The position numbers and the translations under genes were made by a program. A DNA stretch of 63,874 nt, the filler included, from Phoronis australis (taxonomy: Eukaryota > Animalia > Phoronida), in NCBI GenBank assembly GCA_002633005.1. It is 8 parts of 8 records of this genome, joined end to end, with 100 filler letters (N's around TTAATTAATTAA, not from the genome) between each part and the next. Parts side by side here need not be neighbours in the genome. Positions count along the whole stretch, not along the records: positions 45,061 to 59,687 come from NMRA01000809.1; positions 59,788 to 63,874 come from NMRA01002707.1; 6 more parts are not named here. One strand, written 5' to 3'. Positions 50,101-63,836 of the stretch are shown here, one piece after another. Numbering within the stretch: position 1 is the first letter of the stretch; each line of letters begins with the position of its first letter. The notes below the pieces were generated by a model. That model did no database searches. It had not been told where the DNA came from and saw only the letters and a program-made list of their open reading frames with translations.

Positions 50101-53100
50101 TTCAACAGCTTGACATACACCCGTGTGGCTCATGAGAAGAAACATGTTTGTGAAAAGGATCTCGGTGCATGAGAAAAGAATTGAAATCTCCATTGTGTTC
50201 ATGAAAAATGAGGGTCTGTGAGGCTCACGAAGAAGGACTGGCTACCCTGTTTCTCAAAGCTACCATGCATGACTCTCCACTCCTCAGACAGAGCTAGAAG
50301 TGACGGCTTGTATGTAAGCAGTCAATTTGACAGAGTGAATGCTCCAGCACTGGTTTAGCTGCACGAGTCTGTTTATATCAAGTTCCACATTATCAAATTG
50401 TAAATGGAAAACTTTTGCTCAAGTGTAGCATGCATTTTTAATCAAGATGTTGTGGTATCAAGATTGATTGGTTTCAATTGATTTTCAAAATTTGACAGCT
50501 TTTTATTTCATACAAAAAGGAACAAATAATTAATTGCTCACAATGTTTTACTTGTGAAGAGAGTCGAACTTTATCATTACAGAGCTACCGTAGCAACGAT
50601 TTTCGAATGACTAAGCATACATGCCATCAGCACACAAGTTCGATGAGGTGACAATTTCTGTGTAGACTTGTGCATGTAATCAGTAGGGTGGGGTCTGCTT
50701 TGAGCGACGAATAAAGTGGATACCGGCTAAGGATGCCAATGGACATTTAACTGGAACTGCAGAAAATTTACTGACATATGAAGACTGATTAGTCAAGAGA
50801 GATAGCTAATTGAATCTTTTATGGTAGTGGAAAAAATGACATGCTTTCTATTCAAGCCACACACATGTATATGTAATCCATGACAGGACTCACCTGNCGT
50901 TTGTAGGTTGAACAGTTAAGCATGTCACATAATTGTAATTCAGGCTGCTTTTTTGGGATCATCCTCACCAGCCACAACAAAAATCAATTTTTAGGTGAAA
51001 GCAGCATTTCGTCCTTTATAGCAGGCTAAAACCCAAATCAGGCCTTTCAATGTCCTGAAACTGGTCTCCTAATATTCCTTATGTAATAACATTCTATTTT
51101 TGTTACCAAATCACGTTGCAACAATGCAGAAATTCTCCATTTCCAAATTCACAATTTTAGGGTTGGCCAATCCCAATAAACTCTGAAGCATTGTCTTGAA
51201 CTGATGGTTTCAATATTGTTGTTGGTGATAAAAATAGAATCCCATTATGGCAAGGATTGCTATGAGAACAATTTTTTGTAGAGCAAGAAGTCTAGTTCAA
51301 TTCTTGTTTTTCAGTTAGCCAAACAGGGCAAAATGCGGCTTCAAATGTTTTCCTTTCACCAACCCCACATATGGTCATAACAACGTACCTGGAAACAGTG
51401 AGCGCGAGGACCACTTGTATCGATCTTAAAATAACAACACACACACCACTTAGCCAGAGACAAAAGTACACACTGAAGTTGCTGCTGCTGGCTGACTCAA
51501 CGACACATTTACACGTGTCATTAAAGAGACCAAGTGGAGAATGCAATACTCATTTCAAGCACACACTATAAAGCTAACAACAACTTGGCAAATAACAGGC
51601 TCCAGTGGTACAATCTCTGCACTTTAAAATTGACCAATCATATGGCACGCTTTGACTTACAAATATGTACTCAAATAAAGCGACATGATTGGTTAAGTTC
51701 CAAATTTGAGTTCCGTGACTACATCCTGGAACCAGCTGTAGAGAATGTTTTAACAAGTAAAGGTGGTTTTGACTAGAGACAGGCATGATACTAGGCAAAA
51801 TAATACAGGGGTTTCCTGCCATTAATGAGAATACCATATCATTGCATTGCAGCCGCTTTAAATCCACCTTTTAGTGCCAACAGAAATCTTTAATTTGAAC
51901 CACTTGGTGCTATATAATTGGTGTCAAATTGTTTCTTGCACAGATTATAAGTGGTTGCCTGGCTTGGAATGTACTGACAGATCATTATACCCAAGACCAG
52001 AGCTAAAAAGTTGGCTTGACCTGGCTGGTTGTTTTATGACCTCAAAACAATAGTGAACCGTCAGCTTCTTACTAAACCCAGAAATGACTTCTAACGTCAC
52101 TCACTAAGGAACAAGGTGATACCGATTTTACAACAATGACTGGTCTAAATCAAAATTCTTTTGACAGAGGACAGGCTTTTATATTAAGCACTAACTGAGT
52201 GTATAGACAGACTAGCAAGACAATCTACTACACATTTGTCCCTATGCAATAGCACAAAGTACTATAATACTGAACCCATTAAAGTCTTCAAACATTAGCT
52301 CCATCAAAGGAAAGTAAAAAAGCACATCTTACAGTTGAATGAAAACCAGAAAATGTGCATGCCTACACTGTGAATTAAGCTACAGCAAATTGACGTGAAT
52401 GGCACACTACAGCACCATCTAAAACATATTGCACATACACAGATGAATCTGATTTGAAATTGCAATATCCTTATTCTTAAAAGGTACATCTCCTGTGTAT
52501 GCCAAATATGTTTTTGGATAGTTTCTCATAAGTCCACCAATTCAGTCTTAGTGATGAAGCCTGTGTCATCAAAACGAAGATATATTACAATATCTAACCA
52601 GTTACGACCTTTGAACCCTACTGTACTCGTACAAAACAGGATTTACCTCCCATCATCTTACATTGTCTCAAATTTAATGAGAAGTATGATCGAGACTGAT
52701 GGTTTATATACCTGAGCATGAGACTGGTCATCCACAGGCTGGGAGTGGGCTTTGTCTCTTAGTCGTCTGTCTGTCTCAAACTGAACGTCGACCGGTTCCG
52801 TGACCGGCTTGGGCTCGACTTTCTTCACACCCAGATTGGGGTTGGAGAATATGCGTTCGTCGAGTTTATTTGCTTTGAACTTATACCTAAAATAGAGAAA
52901 ACAAGCCACAGTAAGCCGAAGAATGAAATGATTTTCAAAATAAAGTTCCTCAAATGTCATGGTCACCAGTGTCATTTTTCCAGACTTTTGTTTCTTGGTT
53001 ACAGCCAAAAGACCAAAATTTACTTTTGAATAAATAATTATTAGCCTAAGGAGAGTGAAAGTCAGAGGTTGGAAAACTTCAGATTCTATCCACCGACTAA

Positions 53101-56100
53101 CATGTCTTGTTCAGACCTATGTACAACCAAAACTGCATTGGACACCAGATTTGGAGCTTTTCAGTATGTTTGCAGATTTTTGTGAATAGACCAAGCATCA
53201 AAAATTCAAACTTTTTGCATGTTAGTGTAGTAAAACTGTGTTTTATAGGTACGTTTTCCAGTTTCTTACATTTGAAACACGTAGTGATTTGACCAGCAAT
53301 TCTCAGAATTCTCTAAAGTGTTTAATTGGTGGGCTGCGCTTGCAGAAATGAAAAGATCAGGTTAATGAATGGAACTGTTCCTTAGCTGTTGAACTTTGTG
53401 TAAATACATGCCACAATGGCAGTATATACCATGATAAGATACATGCCACAATGGCAGTATATACCATGATAAGATACATGCCACAATGGCAGTATATACC
53501 ATGATAAGATACATAATAAAGAAGGCTCAAAAGTTATGGTTGATTCTTATGACAAAAACATATCTCGAGACAAGTTTTGTTGAACACCGCGTTCATATCT
53601 GCAAAAAAGTGCTCACGAATCTGCACTGAATGCTACTTTACATCAGATGACATGTTCTTTACTGTGCCAGAAATGTTGGCAATAACTGTTCATTGAAAGC
53701 GTCTATAAACATGTACTACCGTACAGACCACCAAAAAACCTTAACTGACATTGACTTGCACTATAAACTCTACAGTCCATTTAGCTTTTCTATGGAATAA
53801 CGCGGCAAAAGCAGACGTTCTCATCTTTCCGAAGCTATTTTCTTGACAGCTCGAAATATCCAGAATCTCGCACTTTGCCATGTTGACAACAGCATGTATT
53901 AAGCCAGACGTAGTCTAAATAAAATGAAGTAAACCACAAATCACAGAAGTTGTGGCTGTAGTTTAGGCCGGTGGCGATAAATAACAATAGAAGAGGCCTT
54001 GCGATTCTTCGATTATCTAGCTATATTTAGAATAAATCGAAGCAAGGTCCAACTTAAACAGTTCAAGTTTTTTAGTTAAAATGATATGAACATATATTTA
54101 ATTTCTAATTTAAAAATCTTCCTCCATTTCTACTATTATCTTATCACTAAGTGAGCAACAGCTTTCCTTATAAATCTGCACTTCTTGCACATGGTACACA
54201 GGTCTGCTTGTGTGCCCTACACCACCTTACTTTTTGATTTCTTCAACTTCTTTCTCTTCAATCTCTGCCCGACTTATGGCACCTGAGGGACGTTTTCTCG
54301 TCGGCGCAAATTGAGGGGTCTTTGGAACAGTGAGCTTGGGAGAGGTGGTTTGTTTGCCTGCTGGAGACACACCTGAAAATATAAAACGCCATTGTAGGAT
54401 AAAACATGTGTTCACAATTCCCATGCATCAAACTTTTGTAGCCGTTACCAAAAGTTACACTTCTTCCAGCCCTTGCATTCACAGATCTTTAAAAACCTTG
54501 ATCACAGAAATAATGCCTTGATGTTTTTAGCCAAGTGATTGCTTTATGTGATTTTCACAGACATAGACGCAACGCATTTAACTCTGTTTATTCATTGTAT
54601 AAGTTACAAAATCATGCCTAGTAATTTCTTTCAAAGATCTGTTTATAGCTAGAGAAAAAGGCTGGCAAAATGAACTTTGACGTTCTGTGAAAAATCTGCA
54701 AGTCTCTCAGTTTTGACAACAACATTTGATTTATCTGCAATTCTCTGTGAGTACCATTTAACAGAGATCATCGCTCACCTGATTGTGGTTGAAAAGATCG
54801 CTGATTAAAACACAGTACAACTAAAATATATATTGGTGCAAACTGACCAAATGCTGAATTAAGAAATACACCACAATCATCAGCTCAAAGTGGTAGCCAT
54901 TTAAAACTTGAAATCCAATACTCCCAACGTCAAGGTAAACCCCAACTTACCCCTGCTTCTTGGCTTGGAGCGGAACCTCTCTGGTGTGCGTGAGAAGCCA
55001 TTCACCAGCTCTGCCATGGACTTGTACTTGCCTTCCGGGGCAGGCTCTGCTGACGATCGCCGCTTGTGCATCTCTGAGAAGTGGAATGGCTGCACCTTGG
55101 TAGCTTTGGGCTTAGACTTGGCCTGTTTGATCATTAGGAAACAGTAGTGAGATATGGTCAGCAATTTGTGCAATTCTAACAATAATATGTGACATCGTCG
55201 TTGTTAACAAAAATATAACTATAAGGTAACGAGACCTTGTGTTTAACTCTATATGAAAGCAATAAAAATCAATAAGATGCCGAGAAATGCCACCTACCGG
55301 CGATTCGTGGTGGCGCAGTTGCTTTGCGAAATCCTTGCTTCCGTCATCCTGACGAGTGACCATCTCGTGCGGCTTGATGCGCGAGTCTGTTGCAAAGTGG
55401 AACTCTTGTGGGCGAGTCAGGCCTGCCGTTGACCTCTTAGGCACATAGCGTTGGCCCTCGATGGCGCGGCGATACGACGACTGGTTCTTGCGTCGATTCT
55501 CGGCCAGTTTCTGCTGCATGTTCCTGATGCGCTCCATTTCCAGCTCTTCCGTCGTCTTCACCTTTGTTGCCTCCACCTTGACCTTGGACTGTTGTCGCCT
55601 GAGGAAGGATTAGGACAGCAGACCCATAACCCGTGTGTTAAAAGATTTCTAGCTTTTCGGAAAACAATACTTCGAAGCACAACGGAGCAAGTTAAAGCAA
55701 CAAGACTTTCTGCCAAATGTCTGAAAGTCCAAGCTTCACTGTCGTACAGTAACAGACAGTTAACCTGCTCGTCCCCATGAGAAGAACTGGCTTGTATTAT
55801 GAGTTTGCACTACTTACGGAAATTTCTACACTTTTGAAAAGTTTCCCAATCTCCCAGAACCCCATCGTTTGATATGTCACAAGGTGTCTGGTTTATTCAC
55901 AGTGGTAAATGTCGACCCATTACAAGGGTTCTCATTTGTATTGTATTATCTAAGACATAATTTTCCTTTTTTATGAGCTATATTTCCCTGCAAAAAGTAC
56001 TAGGACATATAGTCAGTTTTGCTGAAGACAGTTTTCCAGTATAATTGAGTTCAGGAACATTTGGTGTGACTAGCAAATGACGCTTTGCTATTTATCTAAT

Positions 56101-58391
56101 ATTTTCCATGAATTGTAACCAGAATTTTCTGTAGATAAGCTCATGGGTGTGTATTCGGAAAATGAAAATTTCAGGCATTTTAGTAAGAGCTGTTCCAGTA
56201 AATAATGCATGGGAGGGGAAGGCACTGCAATTAAGTAAAAGATTACAAACCAGGATCCTTTCTGACATAGAAATTTGATGTGAATGCAAGCTGCAGTCAA
56301 ATTTTCAGACTTGTTGGAGAGAAACATCTCCTCTCCAAAAATGTAGCAAATGGATTTTGTTATACGAGAACTTCAAATCCGTGATTTGTTCAGATTGGGC
56401 TTACTTCATGAATGATGGAGTGCTGGGCAGGGTGATCTTGGGTATCTTGGAGGCCTTGTTCTCCTGGGAGGTGACGCTGATGCCACTGTCAACTGAAGAC
56501 GTAGAGGATACACTGGTGTGGGGCACGCTGCGACGGGCTGACTTGACCACTGGCTTCTGTTGAGGTGTCGCCTCTGACCGACGCTTCAACGGCCGGCTGA
56601 TCTGTGGGGTGCTGAATTGATAGGTGAAGTTATTTAGCCTCAACTGACATGGAAACAAATGTGGTACAATACACAGATGCAACAAAAATGAGAAAGTCAA
56701 TTAAGACCAAGGCATAAAACCATGGAATTAAATTGAAAAGGACGATTAAGCTATGGACGGCACAAAAAATTCATGGTCATAGTGGTTGGTAGAAGGAAAT
56801 CTAGTGGGTGTCGTGCATCTGACAAGAGATCAGCAGCACAAACTCTATACATGATATAAAGGCAAGATGCAAATGACAAAACCACCTTCAGTTCAGTACT
56901 CATGTCTTTAACCCTTATCCTGCTGAGCCTCTATTAAGACTACTTTCCCTGTGTGCTGAGCTAAGTAGGTCACCACTACTGCTGTTATGAAGGTCACCCA
57001 GACTAATGAACTAATGATTTTAAATTGGAAATTTGAAGGGAAAATGTTAATTTCACAGAAAAGAAGCCAACATAAAAGTTGTCCAGAATTTCATGGATAT
57101 TTTAACCTTATGTAAATCTTCATCATAGCCTTATTGAAAGTAAACTGATCCACTGTCATCCTCTCACATCTGGCTCCAGCCATATAATGAAACTATGCGT
57201 CTACACTTACATAAACCTGCCAATATCTCCCAAACTAGTAATCACAGCCATATGGTTTAAATCACAGAAATGTAGAGGAAAGTGTGAACTATGGAATGCA
57301 CATGCTCACATATCTAAACAACATTCCAGGGCTCTTACAATTTCTGAATGAAAATCACAAGTGTCGTGGAGTGAGTGCACTCTCCTAGCGCAGCCCAGCT
57401 TCAGTTTATCATAGTCGATTGAGTACACCCAATGCATTGAAATAGGATAATTGGCATGTCGGCTGACCTTGCCTAGCGCAGGACAAGGGTTAAAATGCAA
57501 ACATCCAACAGCAAAAACACAACGCTCATTACAGATTACATGGATATAGTTTACCTCTGCTTCTGTTCTTGATTGACCACCTTTCTCTGTACTCTTGGGG
57601 AACGCCTAACAGCTGCTGCCACGGGGGGTTCATTAGTTTTCTGTTTTCTGAAAGAGAAAAATGACAGGCCACTTGCCGTTATGAATTTGGCCTCAAATTG
57701 GATGTGAATTCAAAAGAACTGATAGTTCATTATTGTTTGAGACAATGCTGAGTTAGCTTATCACACCGGGTCATTGTATGAACCAAGCACGGTCTCAAGG
57801 GCTAATGTTTGTTAAAAGCACCAGTGCATTCCCCTGACAATATATAAACCAACCAATCTGAACAAACACGCTATTTTGCACAGATAACATCTGCAATTAG
57901 AGGGCACACCAGCCATCAGATCCATATGAAAATCACCGTCATGTGCCACCAGCTTCATTGAAACACACCTTCCGAAATTCACAAAGATCCTGGAAGGGGT
58001 TTAGAGGATACAACAGATGCCAAAATGTTCGAAATCACTAAGTCTGACAAAGTAGCCCGATTCCTTTTAGTATATCCGTTTTGCTTTATCGCAGAAATCG
58101 TGGTCATGATACATAATCTTGTTACGCCATATCTACGATGGCACATTTCTCTCGTGGAAAATTTGATTTTGCAGCTGATTTAAACAAACCTCTTGGCCCT
58201 GTCCCATGCCTGCAAGTCAGTACAAATCTGAGGATGTGACTGTAGCTCTGGTGTGGGCTGGATGTCCTCCAATATCCGTTTCTGTGCTGTGACCACAGGT
58301 TCTGTCTTGACGACAGGATCCTCTACAACATCCTCTGCTTCAAGTGGTATACTTGTAGCATTGTGGCCCAGCAACGTGGACTCTTGAGCAT
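46894..58391 (-). CDS. TPX2: TPX2 microtubule nucleation / spindle assembly factor, multi-exon, 5' partial
   Basis: Exons 58190-58391, 57555-57647, 56405-56611, 55298-55598, 54951-55122, 54231-54372, 52712-52886, 49381-49492, 46894-47183 (TGA). Motifs KITLPSTPSFMKR, KTTEELEMERI, LTRPQEFHFATDSRIK, LTVPKTPQF, YKFKA, FKAKP, FQLNTDQR, LRQELVHKPNPIRHYK..LTQPVTPRFS. Confidence 0.93.
47355..47498. mobile_element. 144-bp hAT MITE with 8-bp TSD
   Basis: TIR cagtgctgtagtgg / ccactgcagcactg; flanks gctcttac / gcttttac. Confidence 0.8.
49381..49492 (-). CDS. TPX2: TPX2 exon
   Basis: IEEELRQQKSQLNFKAKPCKVTYEQPFVPQKSQKPLT. Confidence 0.9.
52712..52886 (-). CDS. TPX2: TPX2 exon
   Basis: YKFKANKLDERIFSNPNLGVKKVEPKPVTEPVDVQFETDRRL. 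Confidence 0.9.
53405..53514. repeat. 35-bp tandem repeat x3
   Basis: tacatgccacaatggcagtatataccatgataaga. Confidence 0.95.
54231..54372 (-). CDS. TPX2: TPX2 exon
   Basis: PKLTVPKTPQFAPTRKRPSGAISRAEIEEKEVEEIK. Confidence 0.9.
54951..55122 (-). CDS. TPX2: TPX2 exon
   Basis: ATKVQPFHFSEMHKR...YKSMAELVNGFSRTPERFRSK. Confidence 0.9.
55298..55598 (-). CDS. TPX2: TPX2 exon
   Basis: KTTEELEMERIRNMQQKLAENRRKN...FHFATDSRIK...DFAKQLRHHESP. Confidence 0.9.
56405..56611 (-). CDS. TPX2: TPX2 exon
   Basis: TPQISRPLKRR...KIPKITLPSTPSFM; phase 2/2. Confidence 0.85.
56912..57489. mobile_element. piggyBac-like MITE with TTAA TSD
   Basis: TTAA-cccttatcctgc ... gcaggacaaggg-TTAA. Confidence 0.8.
57555..57647 (-). 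CDS. TPX2: TPX2 exon
   Basis: KQKTNEPPVAAAVRRSPRVQRK; phase 2/2. Confidence 0.75.
58190..58391 (-). CDS. TPX2: TPX2 exon (N-terminal region)
   Basis: Open frame with TTTCAG acceptor and AG/GTTTG donor, phase-compatible with the next exon. Confidence 0.7.
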
Positions 58392-58777
58392 CTGAAAGTA
58401 TTATTAACAGGAATGGTATGTTATTTAAAATTACTCTTGATTGTTAGTCATTTTGTTATTTGTGGATACGGTAGGTAATAAAAATGAGACACATGAAAAA
58501 ATTAGGAGAATTCAAGGCACCACACAGACGAATAATGTTTGACTGTAACAACCCACAATTGCTCTTTAGCTGACCAGCCATGACACAAGAGGATTAACAA
58601 GCCACACTAGTTCAGAGTATGAATCTAACCAAGAACAGGTTGCGAATTTTCCCACTTTGCCCCACAGCCAGAAGTGATGAAAGGAAAATCACACCCTTTA
58701 GAGTTGTATGGATAGGACAGCCTGAAGGATCCAATAATCCAGGACTCAGGGATAATTTTAGGTCTTTAAGAGTACGC

Positions 58778-59687
58778 CAGGGCTCGACGCTATTAAAATC
58801 GCCAGGTCGCATTTTGCGACCTAGTCAGAATCCCAGGTCGCATTTCCAAAATCCAGCTCGCATTCATAAATGCCAGGTCGCAAAATTTTCCCGCAATTTT
58901 TACGCGCCAAAATTGATTTTGGATCATCGAGAAAATGTTAAGATTATGCTCTTCCCGGAAGCGTTAAATACTCACAAATTTCAGTTCCCAAAACTGACTT
59001 CGTTCATGCAGGTACGGCGTTACTGTTCTACACGACCGCCATTGAAAGTCTCTAGAGCGCAAGACACGTGCATTCGTGTAGCTAAGTTTGCGATTTGAAA
59101 AAGGGAGAAAATGCCCGTTGAAAATGTATCCGGGGTTTTGCTAGATCTGACCTGCTACTGGCTGGCATCAAAGTCGTTAAAGATTCGAACTAACTCCGAG
59201 GGCAAATTCCCTCCGCTTTTTGTTCGCAGCCCACATTTTGCAACTTAACTCATGTTTGAAAAACGTCTGTCGAAAAAAAACATGAAACGATGCTTTAACC
59301 GAATAAACAATTCAGTGCAAATTTCACAACAAAAATGTACGTAGTACTTATGCTGTTTACGTACTCAACAATTAGTTTTCCATGAAGTGAATAGCCTCCA
59401 AATAATTCCCGACTCCCTCCGTGCGAGTTTCCATCTGGTAATGGCAAGTTTGCTCAATACCTTCCAGGTATGGGGAAAATAGGTCAGTCACAAAACGACA
59501 CGCATGTCACTAGTGTTAACTTTCTTTCGGTGGTATAAAACAAAGCCGGGATTTGGTTTTTACATATTGAGAAAAGACGTTTTTTGAAAACGGAATTTGT
59601 TGTGTAAAGTGAGAGTGACGTACCATATAGGCTGTGAGTCAATTTTAAACCACGTGCGGTCGTTTGTAGTGCGATATGATGGGCGCT
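58778..59687. mobile_element. Probable hAT-type non-autonomous element (one end; runs into gap)
   Basis: Starts cagggctcgac, followed by repeated ccaggtcgca subterminal motifs. Confidence 0.5.
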
Positions 59688-61109
59688 NNNNNNNNNNNNN
59701 NNNNNNNNNNNNNNNNNNNNNNNNNNNNNNNTTAATTAATTAANNNNNNNNNNNNNNNNNNNNNNNNNNNNNNNNNNNNNNNNNNNNGCAAATGCCCTCC
59801 AAAATTATATAAAACAAGCCGACGAAGGCGTTGCCTTGACTTTTTAAAATCAATTTGAGGTGGTACTGCAGTAACACTGACTATTTTATAAAATCTATTG
59901 GTCTATTTACACCAACCCCTGGACTATTTACATTGGTACGATGTTTCGCCGGGTCGGACATTTCTCCCACCATCTTCAGGTAATACAATGTTCTTACAAT
60001 GCATGCACAACCCTGGTCACACGTACAGTATCAATAGAACAGGAGATGTGACAAGAGCAATGTCCTAAAATATAAAGAAACCTTTCAAAAATGATGTAAT
60101 GAAACGAAATGACACAAACTGAATGAACAAACTAAGACTAAGGGTATTTGATGACACCAACTGGGTACATGAAAGTTGAGGCAATTTCTGAGCTGCCATC
60201 GGTATTGTGATAATTGGGAAGTACTGAAAGGAATAACTTTATTTATTTGATAAATAATACCTTAAATGACCCTCTGACTCGAAAATGAAGTCATTTCAAG
60301 TCTTATAAAACACAAACCCGAGAAAGACCCATACCGTCAAGAACGTTAGCCGGGTATTTACTGATCTCATTATGCGCCTATACAAGTGCTGTTATTCCCA
60401 TCTGTCCGTCCGTCCGCCCGTCTGTCCGTATGTGTTCCCGTCCGGCGCCTAGAGTCTGGCGAACGGAAAGCTGCTGTATCCGTCTCCAAAAGGGTGTTCG
60501 TGAAATTTTCTAGACAGGCATAGATGGAACTGGCACGAGCGAATTTTTGGACGGATTCGAATACTGCAATGCCCTGTTGTTCCAGTTATAGTTTTAGGTT
60601 TGCGTCTGTGTTTTTGGAATTCCTTTAGTTGGCAAATTTTCAAGAAATTTGATAGATACGTCTCTGTTCTTCACTGTTTTCACTGTTTTCGGACGGATTC
60701 GGTGTATTGTACGCCACCTAGTGGTTATTTATTACACTGCTTTGGATTTTTTGTACCTTCGTTTCGATGGATAACATGAAAAAAAACCGTTTAATTATAC
60801 TTTTTATCTAAATATTTTGAAATGTCTCAGAAACTGTGTTATGCACAGATTTTCTAAAACAAGTTAATTAAGATTTTTAAATCCAAGAAGACAATTTTCC
60901 AGGAATATAAAGCTTTGTTTCTCCACGGAAACTCCCTTCAGACGAGAAATAATGGACTCATCGCCTCATTATATTACACTCTGTTGCTCTCTTACTTCCA
61001 TTTTTTGATCCCAGCTCTTGAAGAGGGATCGTTGATATCATCCATGGCAACCCTTTTCCTGTTTTTCGTATCTATATCCTTTTCCTTAAGGGGTCACTCA
61101 AGGAGGGGA

Positions 61110-61590
61110 CGCCAATAATGGAATCGATTGCCTGTCTATTCCTATTTTTGCGAAATCGTTCAACAGCTGATATGGTGGTGTACTACTTAAGTAACGAACG
61201 CAACATTAACTTTGATAAATGCAGAGGACAGTCCTACGATAATGTTGTAAACATGTTCAGAAAATATCGAGGTATGCAATAAGCAATTCTTGATAAGAAA
61301 TGCTTTGTCCGTGTCCGGACATGCGCTGCTGCTTAGATGTAACCAGTTTCTTTGGTACCTTACAAGAGATTCACAACTCCTCGTCATCTACGAAAAGGTG
61401 GGCTGTGTTGCTGTCGTGCTAAAGTATCCAAGTGCCTTTCAGATACTCGATGGGAAGGCCATGCTTCAGCGTTGTAGGCAATAAAGTAAAACTTTGAATC
61501 TATAGCCGAAGCACTAAATCACCTTCACCACGACAGGAATAAGAATGGCGATACAAGATGTCACTGAGGCACGTAACATTCTTGATAAAA
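61110..61590 (+). pseudogene. hAT (Tip100/ZMYM1-like) transposase relic
   Basis: NINFDKCRGQSYDNVVNMFRKYRGMQ*AIL; TSFFGTLQEIHN..SSTKRWAVL; CLSDTRWEGHASAL; stops and deletions. Confidence 0.8.
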
Positions 61591-62153
61591 AAGTAGAAAG
61601 CATACAAAAGTCTACTAAAAAGGCAGGAACTACCAAAATTTGGCGAATGCACACTTCTATGCTGTGAATCTCAGAAAAAGGTCCGCATTCTCAAAAATTC
61701 GAGCCCTCCATTTTTTAAGCTGGGTGCGCGCATGCAGTAAAGCCCTACAAGACCCACACGTCGCCATCAACACGTGTGTAAAATTGTATGTATCATTTGT
61801 TGAGTTTGTTAGAAATACCAGAAACTAGTTTTAATGAGTTTGAATTGCCGGATGTGCAGCGAAACGAAGAAGGACACGGAAAAAGCAGCCTAGTGACGGA
61901 TGCAAAACTTATTTCGAGGGACAGTTTTCGAGTTTAGTCTTCTCTACCTACAGTGGACGCTCTGGAACTGAATTTGAGTATTCGAGCAACTGTATATATT
62001 GACATATCCTGCAAGTTTTTGTTTTGGGGTCGACTTGAGCTCATTGCCGGTGGGCTCAGTTACATCAATCAGGTAACTCTTGAAGAAGGAATATACAGTC
62101 GACGTTGACAACCTAATTGGTGAACCGCATTTCCATACTTACGTGAAGCAGTG

Positions 62154-62380
62154 AGGAGGCAGTGTGGCCTGGTTGATAAGTGCCCGCTTTCTTTACTCGA
62201 GGTCGCGGGTTCAAGTCCCACCAGGTCACACTGCTAAACCCTTGAGCCAGGTTTCTAGCTCCTCAGCTCGGTTTTAATCATATATCAATAAAGCATAAAA
62301 ATATTTCCAGGTGATCAGTGCAATGGGCTCACATGCAAGGCCTGCGCATGTCTGGTACAACGCAATTATTTTCATATTAT
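62154..62380 (+). mobile_element. tRNA-derived SINE (copy 2)
   Basis: A box gtggcctggttg and B box ggttcaagtccc; body matches 13296-13530; AT-rich tail. Confidence 0.85.
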
Positions 62381-63836
62381 ATACGTGAAGCAGAATAACC
62401 CTGACTGCACTGGCCAAAAAGATTTCAAGGACCTGTATCAATTTGCAAAGATCGAATAACGTCGGCTTTTCCAAACGTGGAATCTGTGTTGAGAATGTTT
62501 CTGAGTCACGTGGTCACCAATTGCTTGGAGAAAGGTCCTTTTCACTAATTAAGGTTATGTATGTGCATTTAACAAAAAAATCTAGGAAGGATTAATCTTA
62601 GCTCGTCAAAAGTATATTTTTTCTGAAAGTAGAAAAGCTGCGGAATTTTGATTTTTGACTTTTTATCAACCTGCTATTAATTGGGTCATGTGACCATGTC
62701 TTTTTAGTAAAATTTAGCAGAAAAAAAGGTACATTGATAGCAAAACAATGATATCAATCACACGATCAAATTTTATTTGATAAAAATGTTCAAGGTGAGA
62801 TATCACAAAAGCAGGTACAGTTTTCTAAAATATCATTTCGTTTTCGTGTCATCAACTTCATGAAAATCATAAAAGTACTACTGTTTGATAGCTTCTCATA
62901 CAAAAGTGGAACATTGTGAAAACAATTCCTAACATTTATGGAGAATAGTGCATGAAGCATTGTATCCAATGTTTCATACGAATCTAATCAGCCGTTTCTG
63001 AGATTTGATGTTCCAAAGTTTCCCAAATTTTCCCAAACGAATAAAAATCGTACTGAGATCAACGATGCCGCAAGGAACCCACGATCTCGAGTAAAGAACG
63101 CGGGCACCTGTCACACTAAGTCACACTGCCTCCTAAGTGTTGACATTAGGTTTCATTTTCACTCTCGGAAACAGACGAAACTATGAACAGAAGTTTCCGT
63201 GTTCCAGCTGCTCCGAGATGCTGCTGTGTACCTCCGGATTTCCCAGCTCGCTGTAGGGGAATTTGTCAGTACATCTTTTGGTACCCTAATAAAGTGATAT
63301 TGAAGCATCGGTACCCAAGTTTACGGTGGCTGCCTCCATGGGTTTGCTCCCCCAACTAGCAAAGTCCGTACGCCTAAGGCGAGAGAAGAGCGAAATCGGC
63401 GACGAACAAGAGAGGGAGCTGAAGTGGTGATGATAGGAAGGAATGTGATAATGGGTCCATTGCAACAATTTGACGAATGAGAATTAGTTTCTACTCTCCC
63501 CAATATTTTTTATCTTCCTACGCCCTTCTAAAGCGACCAAAATGGTTTAACTGTTAACTGTAGACGGGGGTGGAGGGGTACCGGTGGAGGTAAAACGAGT
63601 GTCTACTGTTAACGGAGGGGAGTAAAACTGGGGTATATCTCCGGGCAAAACTAGCAAAAGTCGACCCCCCTCCCCGACCCTATTAAAGCAAACTTTCCAA
63701 TGGGGAGCCGCTGAAATATCTTAAGTTATATTTTTATGTGTAACTAACACTGAATTGAATTGTCATTTTTAAATGATTTGTGTCGCCTTCGTTATGCAAT
63801 GAACACTTCAAGGCAATAGTTTTGACCACAGTTCGC

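Noticed and set aside
58619-59098. 159-aa plus-strand ORF
   Set aside because: Runs across a transposon terminus with repeated motifs; no recognisable domain.
62154-62230. tRNA gene
   Set aside because: Has A/B boxes but no convincing cloverleaf, and continues into a body shared with 13296-13530; it is a SINE head.
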